From positions 196,068 through 260,067 of the IMG/VR virus record IMGVR_UViG_3300017963_000190: 64,000 nt of DNA, one strand, 5' to 3'. Each line of letters begins with the position of its first letter. Positions within the stretch are counted from its first letter, which is position 1. Both the position numbers and the translations under genes were made by a program. The notes beneath the pieces are model-generated. The model was given only the letters and a program-made list of their open reading frames with translations, made no database searches and had not been told where the DNA came from. Of this stretch, positions 37,260 through 46,502 are shown one piece after another.

Positions 37260-37865
37260 CTGCCTTCAAAGAAAAACATCCCACGCGTTTGTGAGTTTTG
37301 TGGATCGGATTTTTTGGCGCGAATAACGGAAATTCGTCGAGGTAAAGCTCGTTTTTGTAGCCGATCTTGTGCGGCACGAAGCAAGCCACCTGTTTTGGCA
37401 GGAGCCACTGGTCCGGCAAACCCAAATTGGCGGGGTGGTGTAATATGCTCCAGTGCTGGGTACCACTATGTTCGTATGCATGAGCACCCACGGGCCACCA
37501 ATAATGGCTATGTAAAGCGGGCTGACTTGGTCATGGAAGAGGTTTTAGGGAGGGAGCTTCTTCCAGATGAAATTGTGCATCATAAAAATGAAGACAAAGG
37601 CGACGATTCGCCAGAAAATCTGGAGGTAATAACTTACTCCGCGCATTCTTCCCTGCACGGGAAAGCCCGTGGTAAAAAACCTGTTGAGCAAAAATCAGAT
37701 CACCCAACTAATCGCCGTTATGAATGGCCTGCGGATGAGATACTTTTGCAATGGCGACGTAACGCGTCTTTACGTGAAATAGCGGCGGAGATGGGATGTA
37801 GCCATAAGAGTGTAGATAGACGCATAAAGAAAATACAAAAACGGGGCAAAAGGCAGCTTTGGTAG
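37260..37865 (+). CDS. HNH homing endonuclease with Zn finger and HTH (start uncertain)
   Basis: CEFC...FCSRSC; NPNWRGG; VHHKNEDKGDDSPENL. Confidence 0.85.
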   Translation: MPSKKNIPRVCEFCGSDFLARITEIRRGKARFCSRSCAARSKPPVLAGATGPANPNWRGGVICSSAGYHYVRMHEHPRATNNGYVKRADLVMEEVLGRELLPDEIVHHKNEDKGDDSPENLEVITYSAHSSLHGKARGKKPVEQKSDHPTNRRYEWPADEILLQWRRNASLREIAAEMGCSHKSVDRRIKKIQKRGKRQLW

Positions 37866-37867
37866 CT

Positions 37868-37884
37868 AATCCGACTAGCCACCC
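37868..37884 (+). pseudogene. 3' remnant of the disrupted tRNA-His
   Basis: AAT-CCGAC-TAGCCAC-C is perfectly complementary to GTGGCTA at 37103. Confidence 0.7.
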
Positions 37885-37912
37885 TACCTTGTAAAATATT
37901 GAAGAGGAATTA

Positions 37913-38296
37913 ATGATGGAGAAACATATCCTGCGAAAATTTAAGCTCGATGCTAAGACGGCGGCGCACACTCCCGATGCGCGTGTGGGGGAATGGGTAG
38001 TGTGCATCCCAGACGAAGACTGGATATGCCCTGGGTGCGGTTGCGGTAATGAGGGCGGTGATGGTTTGTATTCTGATGACGATAGGGAATCCGTCGGGGA
38101 TATTGATAGTCTCATCTTCTACTACGATGAGCTTTTACTGTGTAGTAAGTGTGAGTGGGAAGGTGCCGCTGGAACTTTGTACAACTTAGCAATGAAAGCC
38201 AAGGACATGGTTCAGTGCCCGTGCTGCAAAGGTGATGGAAGTGTGCGCAGTAAAAAAGCAGCAGAGTACAAGAAGCTAAAGAAGAGGAAGTCATGA
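37913..38296 (+). CDS. Zn-finger protein (DnaJ-like CxxCxGxG at the C-terminus)
   Basis: CPGC, CSKC, CPCCKGDG. Confidence 0.6.
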   Translation: MMEKHILRKFKLDAKTAAHTPDARVGEWVVCIPDEDWICPGCGCGNEGGDGLYSDDDRESVGDIDSLIFYYDELLLCSKCEWEGAAGTLYNLAMKAKDMVQCPCCKGDGSVRSKKAAEYKKLKKRKS

Positions 38297-38799
38297 GCAA
38301 CGATGGAGACTTCGAGGGGAGGATCGTTCCTTTCCAAGCTTTGATGAAGGGGCGTGGTCCTGATACCGTTGTCCGTTTTCTCACCAAGGAGCTCTACACA
38401 GAAATCCAGTGCAGGGTGATGGAAGACAAGTACTGGCGTCAGGTGGAGCATGCTAGGGAAAAAGGCCACCAGCCTAGTCAGTTGCTGATACAGAAACTAG
38501 AAGCCCTCAACCGCTGCGAGACGCTGGACGAGTTTGCCTACTGGCTTCAGGACCAAAGCGGCCGGGCGATGCTGGTGTGCAACGCGTGTGGGAGGGTGGA
38601 TGTGGAGGAGGTGCTGGAGATCAAAGAAAACGGAGAGCGCCGCCGCCTTTGTACATCCTGCTGCCACAGCCTGGGGCTCCTGGAGATCTACTCTGGGGCA
38701 AAGGCTTTGATGCCAGTTGATCGCGTGGTTCGACAAAAGGACCCCAATATCATCGATGTTGAAGCAACGGTTATTGATGTTGAGGTAGACGAGGACTAG
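38293..38799 (+). CDS. hypothetical Zn-binding protein
   Basis: CNAC...CTSC. Confidence 0.55.
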   Translation: MSNDGDFEGRIVPFQALMKGRGPDTVVRFLTKELYTEIQCRVMEDKYWRQVEHAREKGHQPSQLLIQKLEALNRCETLDEFAYWLQDQSGRAMLVCNACGRVDVEEVLEIKENGERRRLCTSCCHSLGLLEIYSGAKALMPVDRVVRQKDPNIIDVEATVIDVEVDED

Positions 38800-38800
38800 T

Positions 38801-39160
38801 ATGCCTGAAGCTAAGAAAGAGGTCATCTGGGTTATGTGTCCCAGCTGTGGGGCAGTTGCATTATCTGACGATGGGCATATCCCAAACAACTGGCCAGCGC
38901 CGGAAATAGAATATACTTCCACAGGTAGGTTTAGGCGATTATTACGCAAGGGGCGTTATATTGCCGAGCAGCATTTCATGGCGTGTAATATCTGCATGGA
39001 GTTCGTTTGCCCCACATGCTTAACCGATCATGAAGGCAATCTGATGGAATGGTGCATTGCCTGCGAGACAAAAGAAAAAGGGTTGCGTGTAGACCACCCG
39101 GATCCACGGTTGCGCATCGACGCCGTTTCTTTGACCCTTTTACGGGAGAAGTATAAATGA
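38801..39160 (+). CDS. hypothetical Zn-binding protein
   Basis: Four CxxC pairs. Confidence 0.55.
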   Translation: MPEAKKEVIWVMCPSCGAVALSDDGHIPNNWPAPEIEYTSTGRFRRLLRKGRYIAEQHFMACNICMEFVCPTCLTDHEGNLMEWCIACETKEKGLRVDHPDPRLRIDAVSLTLLREKYK

Positions 39161-39574
39161 TGACAGCTGAAGAATTCGCAGCCTTATATATTCTTACGGT
39201 TGCTTCAAGCCTGCAGAAATATACCCAGCAGACTACTCCTGGCATGAAAGCGCAAAGTGTGGAGGAGACGTTCGACCGCATGCGCATAGAGGGCTACGTG
39301 GTTGTGCGCCAGGAAGACGCTGGTTCTCCCTGCTGAGGGATGCGTGCCTGTGCTCATACGGTTATTGAGAAAGAGTTGGGATTGCCGCCACCGGATGAGG
39401 TGTACCCACTAAAAGATATGGACCTCTCTGGCGTGTGGGAGCGTGTGCGCAAGCGAATAGCAGACGGCACCATCTAGACTTGACAACGACACCAATCTGG
39501 CTATAGTACCATTGTTATGTTGATGAACTTCCACAGAGTGCGCTTGAAACCCATGGCCCAGAACTCAATTTTCT

Positions 39575-39646
39575 GGGTCGGTGGTGTAAAGGTTGCACAA
39601 CGGACTTTTAATCCGTCCGGAGCAGGTTCGATTCCTGTCCGGCCCA
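39575..39646 (+). tRNA. tRNA-Lys(TTT)
   Basis: CT TTT AA loop. Confidence 0.9.
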
Positions 39647-39662
39647 TTTCTTGAGGTGACGT

Positions 39663-40274
39663 TTGTCCTCATTCAAGCCACACGATCTTGAACGTACGCC
39701 ACTCAAGGTGAGCAGTCAAGGGTTCGTGTTGGCTGAATGCCCCAAGCACCCGTATGCGTGGAAGCGAGATGGTTGCGTGCATTTTCACCGGTTGGTGATG
39801 GAGAACCATCTTGGACGGTACCTTCGCGAAGATGAGTTCGTATTCCACAAAGACGAGGACAGAAAAAATAACGATATAGAGAATCTGAGAATCGTTATCC
39901 GGTCTCCGGCAACACGGGTGTACAAACCAAGGAGCGCACCACCGAAGAGGATTTGTGGTGTGTGCAAGGAGGGGTTTCGTCCGGAGTGGCTGGAGTGCAA
40001 AGCGAACTACAGCGATTCTAAGTACTGCTCGGATTTTTGCCGAGCAGAAGCCAAAAGGAGCGCTAAGAAAAAGGCGCACGCGGTAGGAAGGGACTTCAAG
40101 AAAATCGAACCACCCAGTCGCGAAGAGCTGGCGGCTTTGATTTGGGAGTATCCATCAACCAAGCTTGCTGAAAAGTTTGGTGTGTCCGACCGCACCGTCG
40201 GCAACTGGTGCAAGAGGTATGGGATAGATAAACCACCACGAGGATACTGGGCCTCGATAAGGTCTAGGCAGTGA
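39663..40274 (+). CDS. HNH homing endonuclease
   Basis: HRLVMENHLGRYL...VFHKDEDRKNNDIENL; C-terminal HTH. Confidence 0.85.
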   Translation: MSSFKPHDLERTPLKVSSQGFVLAECPKHPYAWKRDGCVHFHRLVMENHLGRYLREDEFVFHKDEDRKNNDIENLRIVIRSPATRVYKPRSAPPKRICGVCKEGFRPEWLECKANYSDSKYCSDFCRAEAKRSAKKKAHAVGRDFKKIEPPSREELAALIWEYPSTKLAEKFGVSDRTVGNWCKRYGIDKPPRGYWASIRSRQ

Positions 40275-40283
40275 AAATTATCT

Positions 40284-40350
40284 GGGTCGCGATCTGGGAT
40301 CAGAGAGGGCTCCAACCCCTCCCAGCCGGGTTCAATTCCTGGGCGACCTG
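40284..40350 (+). tRNA. tRNA-Trp(CCA) with a minimal D-arm
   Basis: GAGGG-CT CCA AC-CCCTC; D-arm GATC-TGG-GATC; 67 nt. Confidence 0.7.
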
Positions 40351-40627
40351 TCTCGGTGCTTAAGGTAAACGCGTGACCTATCTATCGCAGCGGGCGCCAA
40401 AGCTGCTGTAGGAGCATCGTGAAATCGGTCCTTCGATAAGGGGAAAGAAGGATCGAGGGTGTGGGATACCGAGTCGGTGGGCCCCCTCGGTTAGTATCTG
40501 TTGCCGCTCTTGTGTGGCAGGTACTAGCCCATTGCAGCCGTTGGTACCCTGAAGATGGGCTACAGGGTCCGGTCCACTGCCCCGAGTATCTAAAACGATG
40601 CGTGGAGCCCTCTCCCACACCCACCTT

Positions 40628-40701
40628 GGGCGATTAGCTCAGCCTGGAAGAGCGCTGTCTTGACTCGGCAGATGTCACAGGTTCAAGTCCTGTATCGCCC
40701 A
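40628..40701 (+). tRNA. tRNA-Val(GAC)
   Basis: TT GAC TC loop. Confidence 0.88.
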
Positions 40702-40878
40702 GAGGGGCTAAGAGCCCCTACTCAGGACCTGGTCCAGTCTGAGGCTACCCAGGTGCCAGTGAGCCACGAGGCGGGTGCGCTGCGAGCTCGTGGATGACGC
40801 CTGGGATGTTGCAAGCGCACAGGCCGGTGCTCCGGTTGTCCGCCCGATATTTCTGGAGCACTCGACCACGGACCATTA

Positions 40879-40951
40879 GGGCTTGTAGCTTAGTGGCTAA
40901 AGCGCACGCCTGATAAGCGTGAGATCGACGGTTCGAGTCCGTCCAGGCCCA
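40879..40951 (+). tRNA. tRNA-Ile(GAT)
   Basis: CT GAT AA loop. Confidence 0.93.
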
Positions 40952-40957
40952 CTTTGC

Positions 40958-41032
40958 GCGCCCGTAGCTCAGTTGGATCAGAGCATCGGTCTACGGAACC
41001 GAGGGCCGCAGGTTCGAGTCCTGCCGGGCGTA
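40958..41032 (+). tRNA. tRNA-Arg(ACG)
   Basis: CT ACG GA loop; A20. Confidence 0.93.
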
Positions 41033-41204
41033 AAAGGAGGCTTACCAATGGCCGATGAAGATCCGTATGAGGATACCCTTCCAGAAGTCAAGGACATGAC
41101 AACGTTGGGGTTGCTTGACGAGCTCGCCACGTTCTATCCTGGGCTGGAAGATCAAGAAGCCTTTATTGAGCTCACACGCCGCATCAAATCCTCAGGGGCT
41201 GCCA

Positions 41205-41441
41205 ATGCGTAAACTATTACGACGTCTTTGGTGCCGCCTCCGCTTCCACGATCTGCAAATCGTTAAACACATTCACGGGGACATCAAGCACGGTACCCGT
41301 CTGCTGAAGTGCCGGAGGTGCGAGCGCCGCTTTGTGATGTCCGATCCCCACCGAGCCTTTTTCTGCTACTCCGACAATCCCATGTTCGCGCGAGACCTCA
41401 TGAAGTTGTATGGGCTGCCAGCGGATGACTTGTATGGATAA
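41205..41441 (+). CDS. DUF1660-like small Zn protein
   Basis: LWCRLRFH...CRRC. Confidence 0.5.
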   Translation: MRKLLRRLWCRLRFHDLQIVKHIHGDIKHGTRLLKCRRCERRFVMSDPHRAFFCYSDNPMFARDLMKLYGLPADDLYG

Positions 41442-41482
41442 TGCGGACCCGTTTCCACCTATCACTTTTCCTAAGTGTATTC

Positions 41483-41511
41483 TTGACACCAAGCCCCTCA
41501 CTGGTTATATA
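41483..41511 (+). promoter_or_regulatory. sigma70 promoter
   Basis: TTGACA-17 nt-TATATA. Confidence 0.65.
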
Positions 41512-41530
41512 CTAGTAAAGGAGGTGCAGC

Positions 41531-42337
41531 ATGCCCTTCCAACCCTTCCTGATTAGCAAACAGAAACAGTTCACCAACGGGATCGTCTATGGCCTACGCA
41601 CCGCGGATGGCTACCCTATCGAGGTCACCGATACCTTCCTCCCCTGCTACACCAAAGATGCTGTTGGGCGCCGGCAGAACAAGCTGACGGGGGTTGGCGT
41701 AGGAGATCGTTACGAGCGTTGGATGGTAGGCGTATCTGTGATGAGTGGCTGCCCCGTACGCTGCAAATTCTGCGCAACAGGTCAGCTTAAGAAGTGGCGT
41801 TCTCTCACCGCGCAGGAGATAGCTGCCCAGGTCCAGTTCATCCTGGAGCGCAACTTGCGCTACGATCCTGCTAAATCTTACGAGTTCAAAGTGAACTACA
41901 CCCGTATGGGGGAGCCATTTCTCAACATTGAGGAAGTGATTCAAGCCATCCATTTGATCGACGAGCTTCTGCCAAACGTTGACGTACACCACTACATCTC
42001 CACTATTGGAATCGTCGGCTCAGACTTCGACTGGATCGCAGACAACGTCACTCTGCAACTCTCCCTTCACTCTCTCGACCCTGAACGCCGCAATTGGTTG
42101 ATCCCCTACAAGAAGAAGCTCACCATCCCAGAGCTCGGCGACGTCAGAACGTACAGCGATCTGAAAACTACCCTCAACCTCACTCTGGTGGAAGAAGCCG
42201 ACTTCGACATCGTGCGGCTGCAGAAATTCTTCCCTCCAGAGCACTTCTTCGTCAAGCTCAGTCCCATCAATCCAAACGAAACCTCAGAGAGACACGGCTT
42301 AGGTACCGGTGTTATCGACGAGGTTAATTTGCATTAG
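41531..42337 (+). CDS. RlmN/Cfr-like radical SAM protein, N-terminal (main) part
   Basis: GCPVRCKFC; MGEP; ISTIG; LQLSLHS; lacks the C-terminal AACGQL. Confidence 0.85.
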   Translation: MPFQPFLISKQKQFTNGIVYGLRTADGYPIEVTDTFLPCYTKDAVGRRQNKLTGVGVGDRYERWMVGVSVMSGCPVRCKFCATGQLKKWRSLTAQEIAAQVQFILERNLRYDPAKSYEFKVNYTRMGEPFLNIEEVIQAIHLIDELLPNVDVHHYISTIGIVGSDFDWIADNVTLQLSLHSLDPERRNWLIPYKKKLTIPELGDVRTYSDLKTTLNLTLVEEADFDIVRLQKFFPPEHFFVKLSPINPNETSERHGLGTGVIDEVNLH

Positions 42338-42351
42338 CGAGGAGGCACGCT

Positions 42352-42495
42352 ATGGATACCGACAAGATCAAAGAAGAACTGGAAGCTGCTGGGTATGACC
42401 ACGCAGTAGCGATTGCGACCCAAGCTGAGGTGGAAGCGGGCGCTGCCTGTGGGCAGCTCAGCGTCATCACAGAGAGTGAGGAAGACCAGCAATAA
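42352..42495 (+). CDS. 47-aa peptide carrying the RlmN C-terminal AACGQL catalytic-Cys motif
   Basis: GGAGG SD; MDTDKIKEELEAAGYDHAVAIATQAEVEAGAACGQLSVITESEEDQQ; absent from the ORF track. Confidence 0.8.
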   Translation: MDTDKIKEELEAAGYDHAVAIATQAEVEAGAACGQLSVITESEEDQQ

Positions 42496-43005
42496 GTGCT
42501 TGACAACGTCAAAGGGGCGTGCTTAACTTGCTGGCATGCCAACCTACCTCATTGACGATCAAGCTGCCTTTGATGCTGCTCTCGCTCGTCTTAGAAAAGA
42601 GCGTGACGCAGAAGAGCGCTCTTTTTTCTCTTCAGACCCTCCTCCTGTTCACGTTATTTCTACACAGACGTTTGAGCGCCAATATCAGGAGACGAACGAG
42701 CGCTGCAGGCAAGAACTATTCAGTGTATTCAAGATCCCAAAGGGTCTGATGGAGAAATAAGGATGTCTGATGAGATTCAATACTTGACCATCGAATGCCC
42801 CCTATGTGGAGGCAAGTCCGCTATCCCTCATGCTTCCGAGCTCAGTGACATCGTCCACTGTGTTGTGGGTTGCCCAGGTTGTGGGAAGCATCTTCTGTGT
42901 TTGCCTCCTGGAAAGCTTGTCAAGTTTGACGACCAGGGAGAACACCGGGATTATCCTGTGCACGAGCTGCCAAAAGGGTAGCCCGTCTTGTAAAATACAA
43001 TTAAG

Positions 43006-43386
43006 ATGAGCGACTTTTTGATTTGCCGCAAGTGCGGCAGCCTCAAGCGGGCGCATACCCATATTGTCTTTCACGACTTTGGCTTCCAGCTAGGGGAGCC
43101 TGGCGTTCATTATTGCCCCACCTGCGATCCTGAGCCGGCGCCCCCGCAAGTGCATCCTATTACCGATCCCGAGGAAGTGTTTGGGAGCAATATCGCCGGA
43201 ATGATTTTTGCCTCCCTGAAAGAAAAAGAAGCCAGGATTAAAGCGCTCGAAGACGCTGTGCGGGAGATGCTCAAGTATGAATGCCCGCGCTGCGATCTGG
43301 ACGTGCAGGCAGCAGTAGACGTTTACGGCGTGCAGTTGACCATCACCGGAGTGTTCGATGACAACGAAGAAAAAGAGCCGCGTTGA
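43006..43386 (+). CDS. hypothetical Zn-binding protein
   Basis: CRKC, CPTC, CPRC. Confidence 0.55.
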   Translation: MSDFLICRKCGSLKRAHTHIVFHDFGFQLGEPGVHYCPTCDPEPAPPQVHPITDPEEVFGSNIAGMIFASLKEKEARIKALEDAVREMLKYECPRCDLDVQAAVDVYGVQLTITGVFDDNEEKEPR

Positions 43387-46150
43387 CCTCCTGAAGGAGA
43401 TGTTCAAGGAGTATGGGCTCGATACCGAGTTCTTTTCGCAGTATGCCACGTACGTTGGGACGCAGCTAGATGAGGTGGATCGGGATCTATGGCAAATATG
43501 CCAAAGCTACAGCTTGGATGTAGAATCGGATTTTGAGCGCGCGAAGTCCGATCCAAAAATCCAGGCCTTGGGGGCTGCCATGGCTGCCACCACAAAAGAG
43601 TTCCTGGGAATAGGAGCTCCACGCAGCCCAGAAGAAGCATTTGCGGCTCGTAATGTAGGGGTGCCCAATACTACACTCCGTCAAGCAGAAACCGCAGTCA
43701 TACTAGGTGCAACAGAGGTTACTCCGATGAGCGCAACAAAGTCCACAAAGAAACCGCAGGGTGCGGGAAGCAACCAAGAGGAAGTAATCGATCCGGCAAG
43801 GGAGCGGGCTATCACTTTATCCAATTGCTTGGAATTTCTGCAGTCAGGTGCAGCAGAGGACTTGCTTGTAGACGCGCGCATTCGCGTTTCGGAGCATCGA
43901 CATGCCCAATCCAAGTACCGGCACGATCTGAGTGTGAACAATACTGTCCTGATGCCAGTTGCTATCTTGCGGTTGCTTGCGCACTTTGACAGGTCCTCTG
44001 AAGGCTGGGCGCAACTGTGGCCTGCGTTGAAGAGGTGGCGCGTAGCTACCATTTTCCGAGATGCGCATCGAAAGGATCTACCAGAAAATATTCGTGTACC
44101 GGCGCAGCTGGCTGTCGATGTGTTAACGGTTATCTGCCCGCTTGCAAACGAGCGCAAGATCTCCGACCAGCTGATAAAAGAGAAGAAGAGCACCGCTTAT
44201 CATACGTCTGCGATAGATCCTTCACAACGCTCCAACATGCTGGACACGGAGCCGCTATTCGTTCAGTACGGAGAATTCCCTCAGGTGTTCATGCAGAAGG
44301 GCGGTACCGTTACTTGTGACGTGTCCAAGCCAAACATTATAGTTGACGTGCGGGCAGAAACCACCTCCCTTGTTGGGCATCTTCTGCCGTCAGAAGGATT
44401 CACTGCGCCGTCCGACGCGACGATGACCGTAGTAAACTTTCCGTATGAAAACACGGACAAGCTGGTTTGTGTACTTACTCATGGGGATCTGTACCTGGTT
44501 AAGCGAAAGTATATTCCAGAGAGCAAGTATTTAGATGTTGGGCCGCTCTTTAAAGACTGGGGAAACCTGTGCATGGCTTTTGCGCTCCCAGATGGTACGG
44601 TCACCTGTGATTTCGACAAGGGCGGGAAGGCCCTGGGGCGCGTGTGGTCGCCGAACATGTCTGTTCCTGCAGGGGAGCAGGTAGTCGAGGTTCAGTATGA
44701 AGACACCGGGAAGCTGATACGAATTTGCATGCGTGGCATGGCAATGGCACTAAAGATGCCGGAGAAACCACAATACATCAGGCCAGGCGTGTACAGTGCT
44801 TCTGTTGTCGATGGCAAGTATCCTTTGCTTAATTCAGAGACGGGCCGTTTTTCGTCTGAGAAGACTAATGAAGCCAACAAGCCAAGAGGCGCAGGAGACT
44901 ACAAGCTCACCACGAACCGGTATGTGCGTCCTCAGCTTAATACTAATAAGAGGTACGTAGCGTCCAAGGCATCCAAACCCCATTCGTCTGAGACTGGCCG
45001 GGTAGCGTCGGATAAGCCTAATATGAAAGAGGTTGGCAGTAAGAATGGCTACCACCGCAAAACGATATCCGCAAACTACAAAGACACAGAGCTCCGTGTG
45101 ATTCTGCCATTCCTCTTCACTACGGAATTCGAGCGGATGGCAGAGGATAGTCTCTATGGGTCTGCAGAGGCTAGGTGGCTCACAGAGGACCTCGGTATTC
45201 CCTACACCAAGCTTAATAATTGCGTGGACGCTTCGCAGGTACGCGAGCTTGTTTGTGAGAGACTGAGGCGCCTACCATGTACGCACACGCTGTTTCAAAT
45301 TCCAGGATATCTACGACCAATTTTGCACCTGCTTCATGCAGGGGGCGCCACGTTCGAGAAGGACGCGCACTGGACGCATGTCCATCAACGAGAAGAATTT
45401 TCTCTTACTATCAACGATGCCCCTTTGGAATTCCATCGGATTGGGTTCTGTCGAGATGGTCGTACTCTACGCCTGCAGATTCCTCGGCATACCAATTCGG
45501 TAGACTTTAGACCAGATCAAAACGTCCAGGACCTGAAGCGGTTCACGCTACGGTTACGCTGCCTTTCTGCATGGCATGAGATTATTTTTGCCGACTGCTT
45601 CGTTAAGCAATACGAAGAGGCCGGAGAGATCATTCATATTTGGTATACAGGTGGACGAAGGAGCTACGGTTGCCTGCCCAACCCGCATGGGGAGACGATG
45701 GATATGTTGGGCATCTCAGGTCCGTACCCACCTCTAATCGACAACACAAAGCTTCTTGCCCCAGTTGAGGACTACCTTATTTCATGGACCAAGGGAAAGC
45801 GGCGCCGCCAGGTAGCGGTGACTTGCATGGATCAGCTCACGGTCGAAGTGAACGGCGTGCCGATACAACCAGACTGCATCGAGTTTGAGGCATTCCCAGA
45901 AACAACTCCGCATCCGCGCGTCCATTTATTGATGAGCGGGAAGGATTGGGATGCGCATAAGGATTCGTACATCCCCTCGTTCATCAATGAGGAATTTCCA
46001 ATCAAGATCACCCTTAAGGATAAGGGGGTGGTGCTCAGGTCGGATAGGTGCGTTGGCAAAATGAAAAACGCGAGCCAGGATAAGAAGTTCCGGCTTCGCG
46101 TGACGATGCTTAATTTGGAGGCGGTTGGCCGTGAGCCAAAAGAAGATTAA
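43358..46150 (+). CDS. large mosaic protein with degenerate DNA polymerase A-like and tail-sheath-like segments
   Basis: YIRPGVY; SETGRFSS; SETGRVASDKPNM...ISANYKDTELRV; internal repeat GTVTCD. Confidence 0.7.
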   Translation: MTTKKKSRVDLLKEMFKEYGLDTEFFSQYATYVGTQLDEVDRDLWQICQSYSLDVESDFERAKSDPKIQALGAAMAATTKEFLGIGAPRSPEEAFAARNVGVPNTTLRQAETAVILGATEVTPMSATKSTKKPQGAGSNQEEVIDPARERAITLSNCLEFLQSGAAEDLLVDARIRVSEHRHAQSKYRHDLSVNNTVLMPVAILRLLAHFDRSSEGWAQLWPALKRWRVATIFRDAHRKDLPENIRVPAQLAVDVLTVICPLANERKISDQLIKEKKSTAYHTSAIDPSQRSNMLDTEPLFVQYGEFPQVFMQKGGTVTCDVSKPNIIVDVRAETTSLVGHLLPSEGFTAPSDATMTVVNFPYENTDKLVCVLTHGDLYLVKRKYIPESKYLDVGPLFKDWGNLCMAFALPDGTVTCDFDKGGKALGRVWSPNMSVPAGEQVVEVQYEDTGKLIRICMRGMAMALKMPEKPQYIRPGVYSASVVDGKYPLLNSETGRFSSEKTNEANKPRGAGDYKLTTNRYVRPQLNTNKRYVASKASKPHSSETGRVASDKPNMKEVGSKNGYHRKTISANYKDTELRVILPFLFTTEFERMAEDSLYGSAEARWLTEDLGIPYTKLNNCVDASQVRELVCERLRRLPCTHTLFQIPGYLRPILHLLHAGGATFEKDAHWTHVHQREEFSLTINDAPLEFHRIGFCRDGRTLRLQIPRHTNSVDFRPDQNVQDLKRFTLRLRCLSAWHEIIFADCFVKQYEEAGEIIHIWYTGGRRSYGCLPNPHGETMDMLGISGPYPPLIDNTKLLAPVEDYLISWTKGKRRRQVAVTCMDQLTVEVNGVPIQPDCIEFEAFPETTPHPRVHLLMSGKDWDAHKDSYIPSFINEEFPIKITLKDKGVVLRSDRCVGKMKNASQDKKFRLRVTMLNLEAVGREPKED

Positions 46151-46502
46151 GCGTAAGCAGCCGCGCATCAAATTCACTCCACACATCGAGAAGCGTGTAG
46201 AGGTGCCGCGGCCAGCGCACAGCGGAGTTGTCTGGGTTGACGAGGTCGAGTATGGGATCACTGTGCGCGACGGCGGTGTTGTGCTGACAGCCAGACCAAA
46301 TAATGGAGCTAGCAGCAATAATGATGAGAGCGGCACCGCGCACAACACTCCTTTGGAGGAGACTTCTAGCACGTCCAATCAGGTAACCCGTCCTGCGCCA
46401 ATAGCTATAGTGATGGACACCGCTGAAGCGAAAGCGGTCGGCCGCTATCTATTGGAAGCCTCGAAGCTTGCCAGCCGCATGAGGGGGACACGAAATGGCT
46501 AG
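46125..46502 (+). CDS. hypothetical protein
   Basis: Collinear, overlapping ORF. Confidence 0.5.
   Translation: MAVSQKKIKRKQPRIKFTPHIEKRVEVPRPAHSGVVWVDEVEYGITVRDGGVVLTARPNNGASSNNDESGTAHNTPLEETSSTSNQVTRPAPIAIVMDTAEAKAVGRYLLEASKLASRMRGTRNG

Larger units (their letters stand above)
37152..37867 (+). mobile_element. replacement tRNA-His + HNH endonuclease cassette inserted in the tRNA-His T-arm
   Basis: Lies between the 5' tRNA part and the 3' remnant AATCCGACTAGCCACC. Confidence 0.7.
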
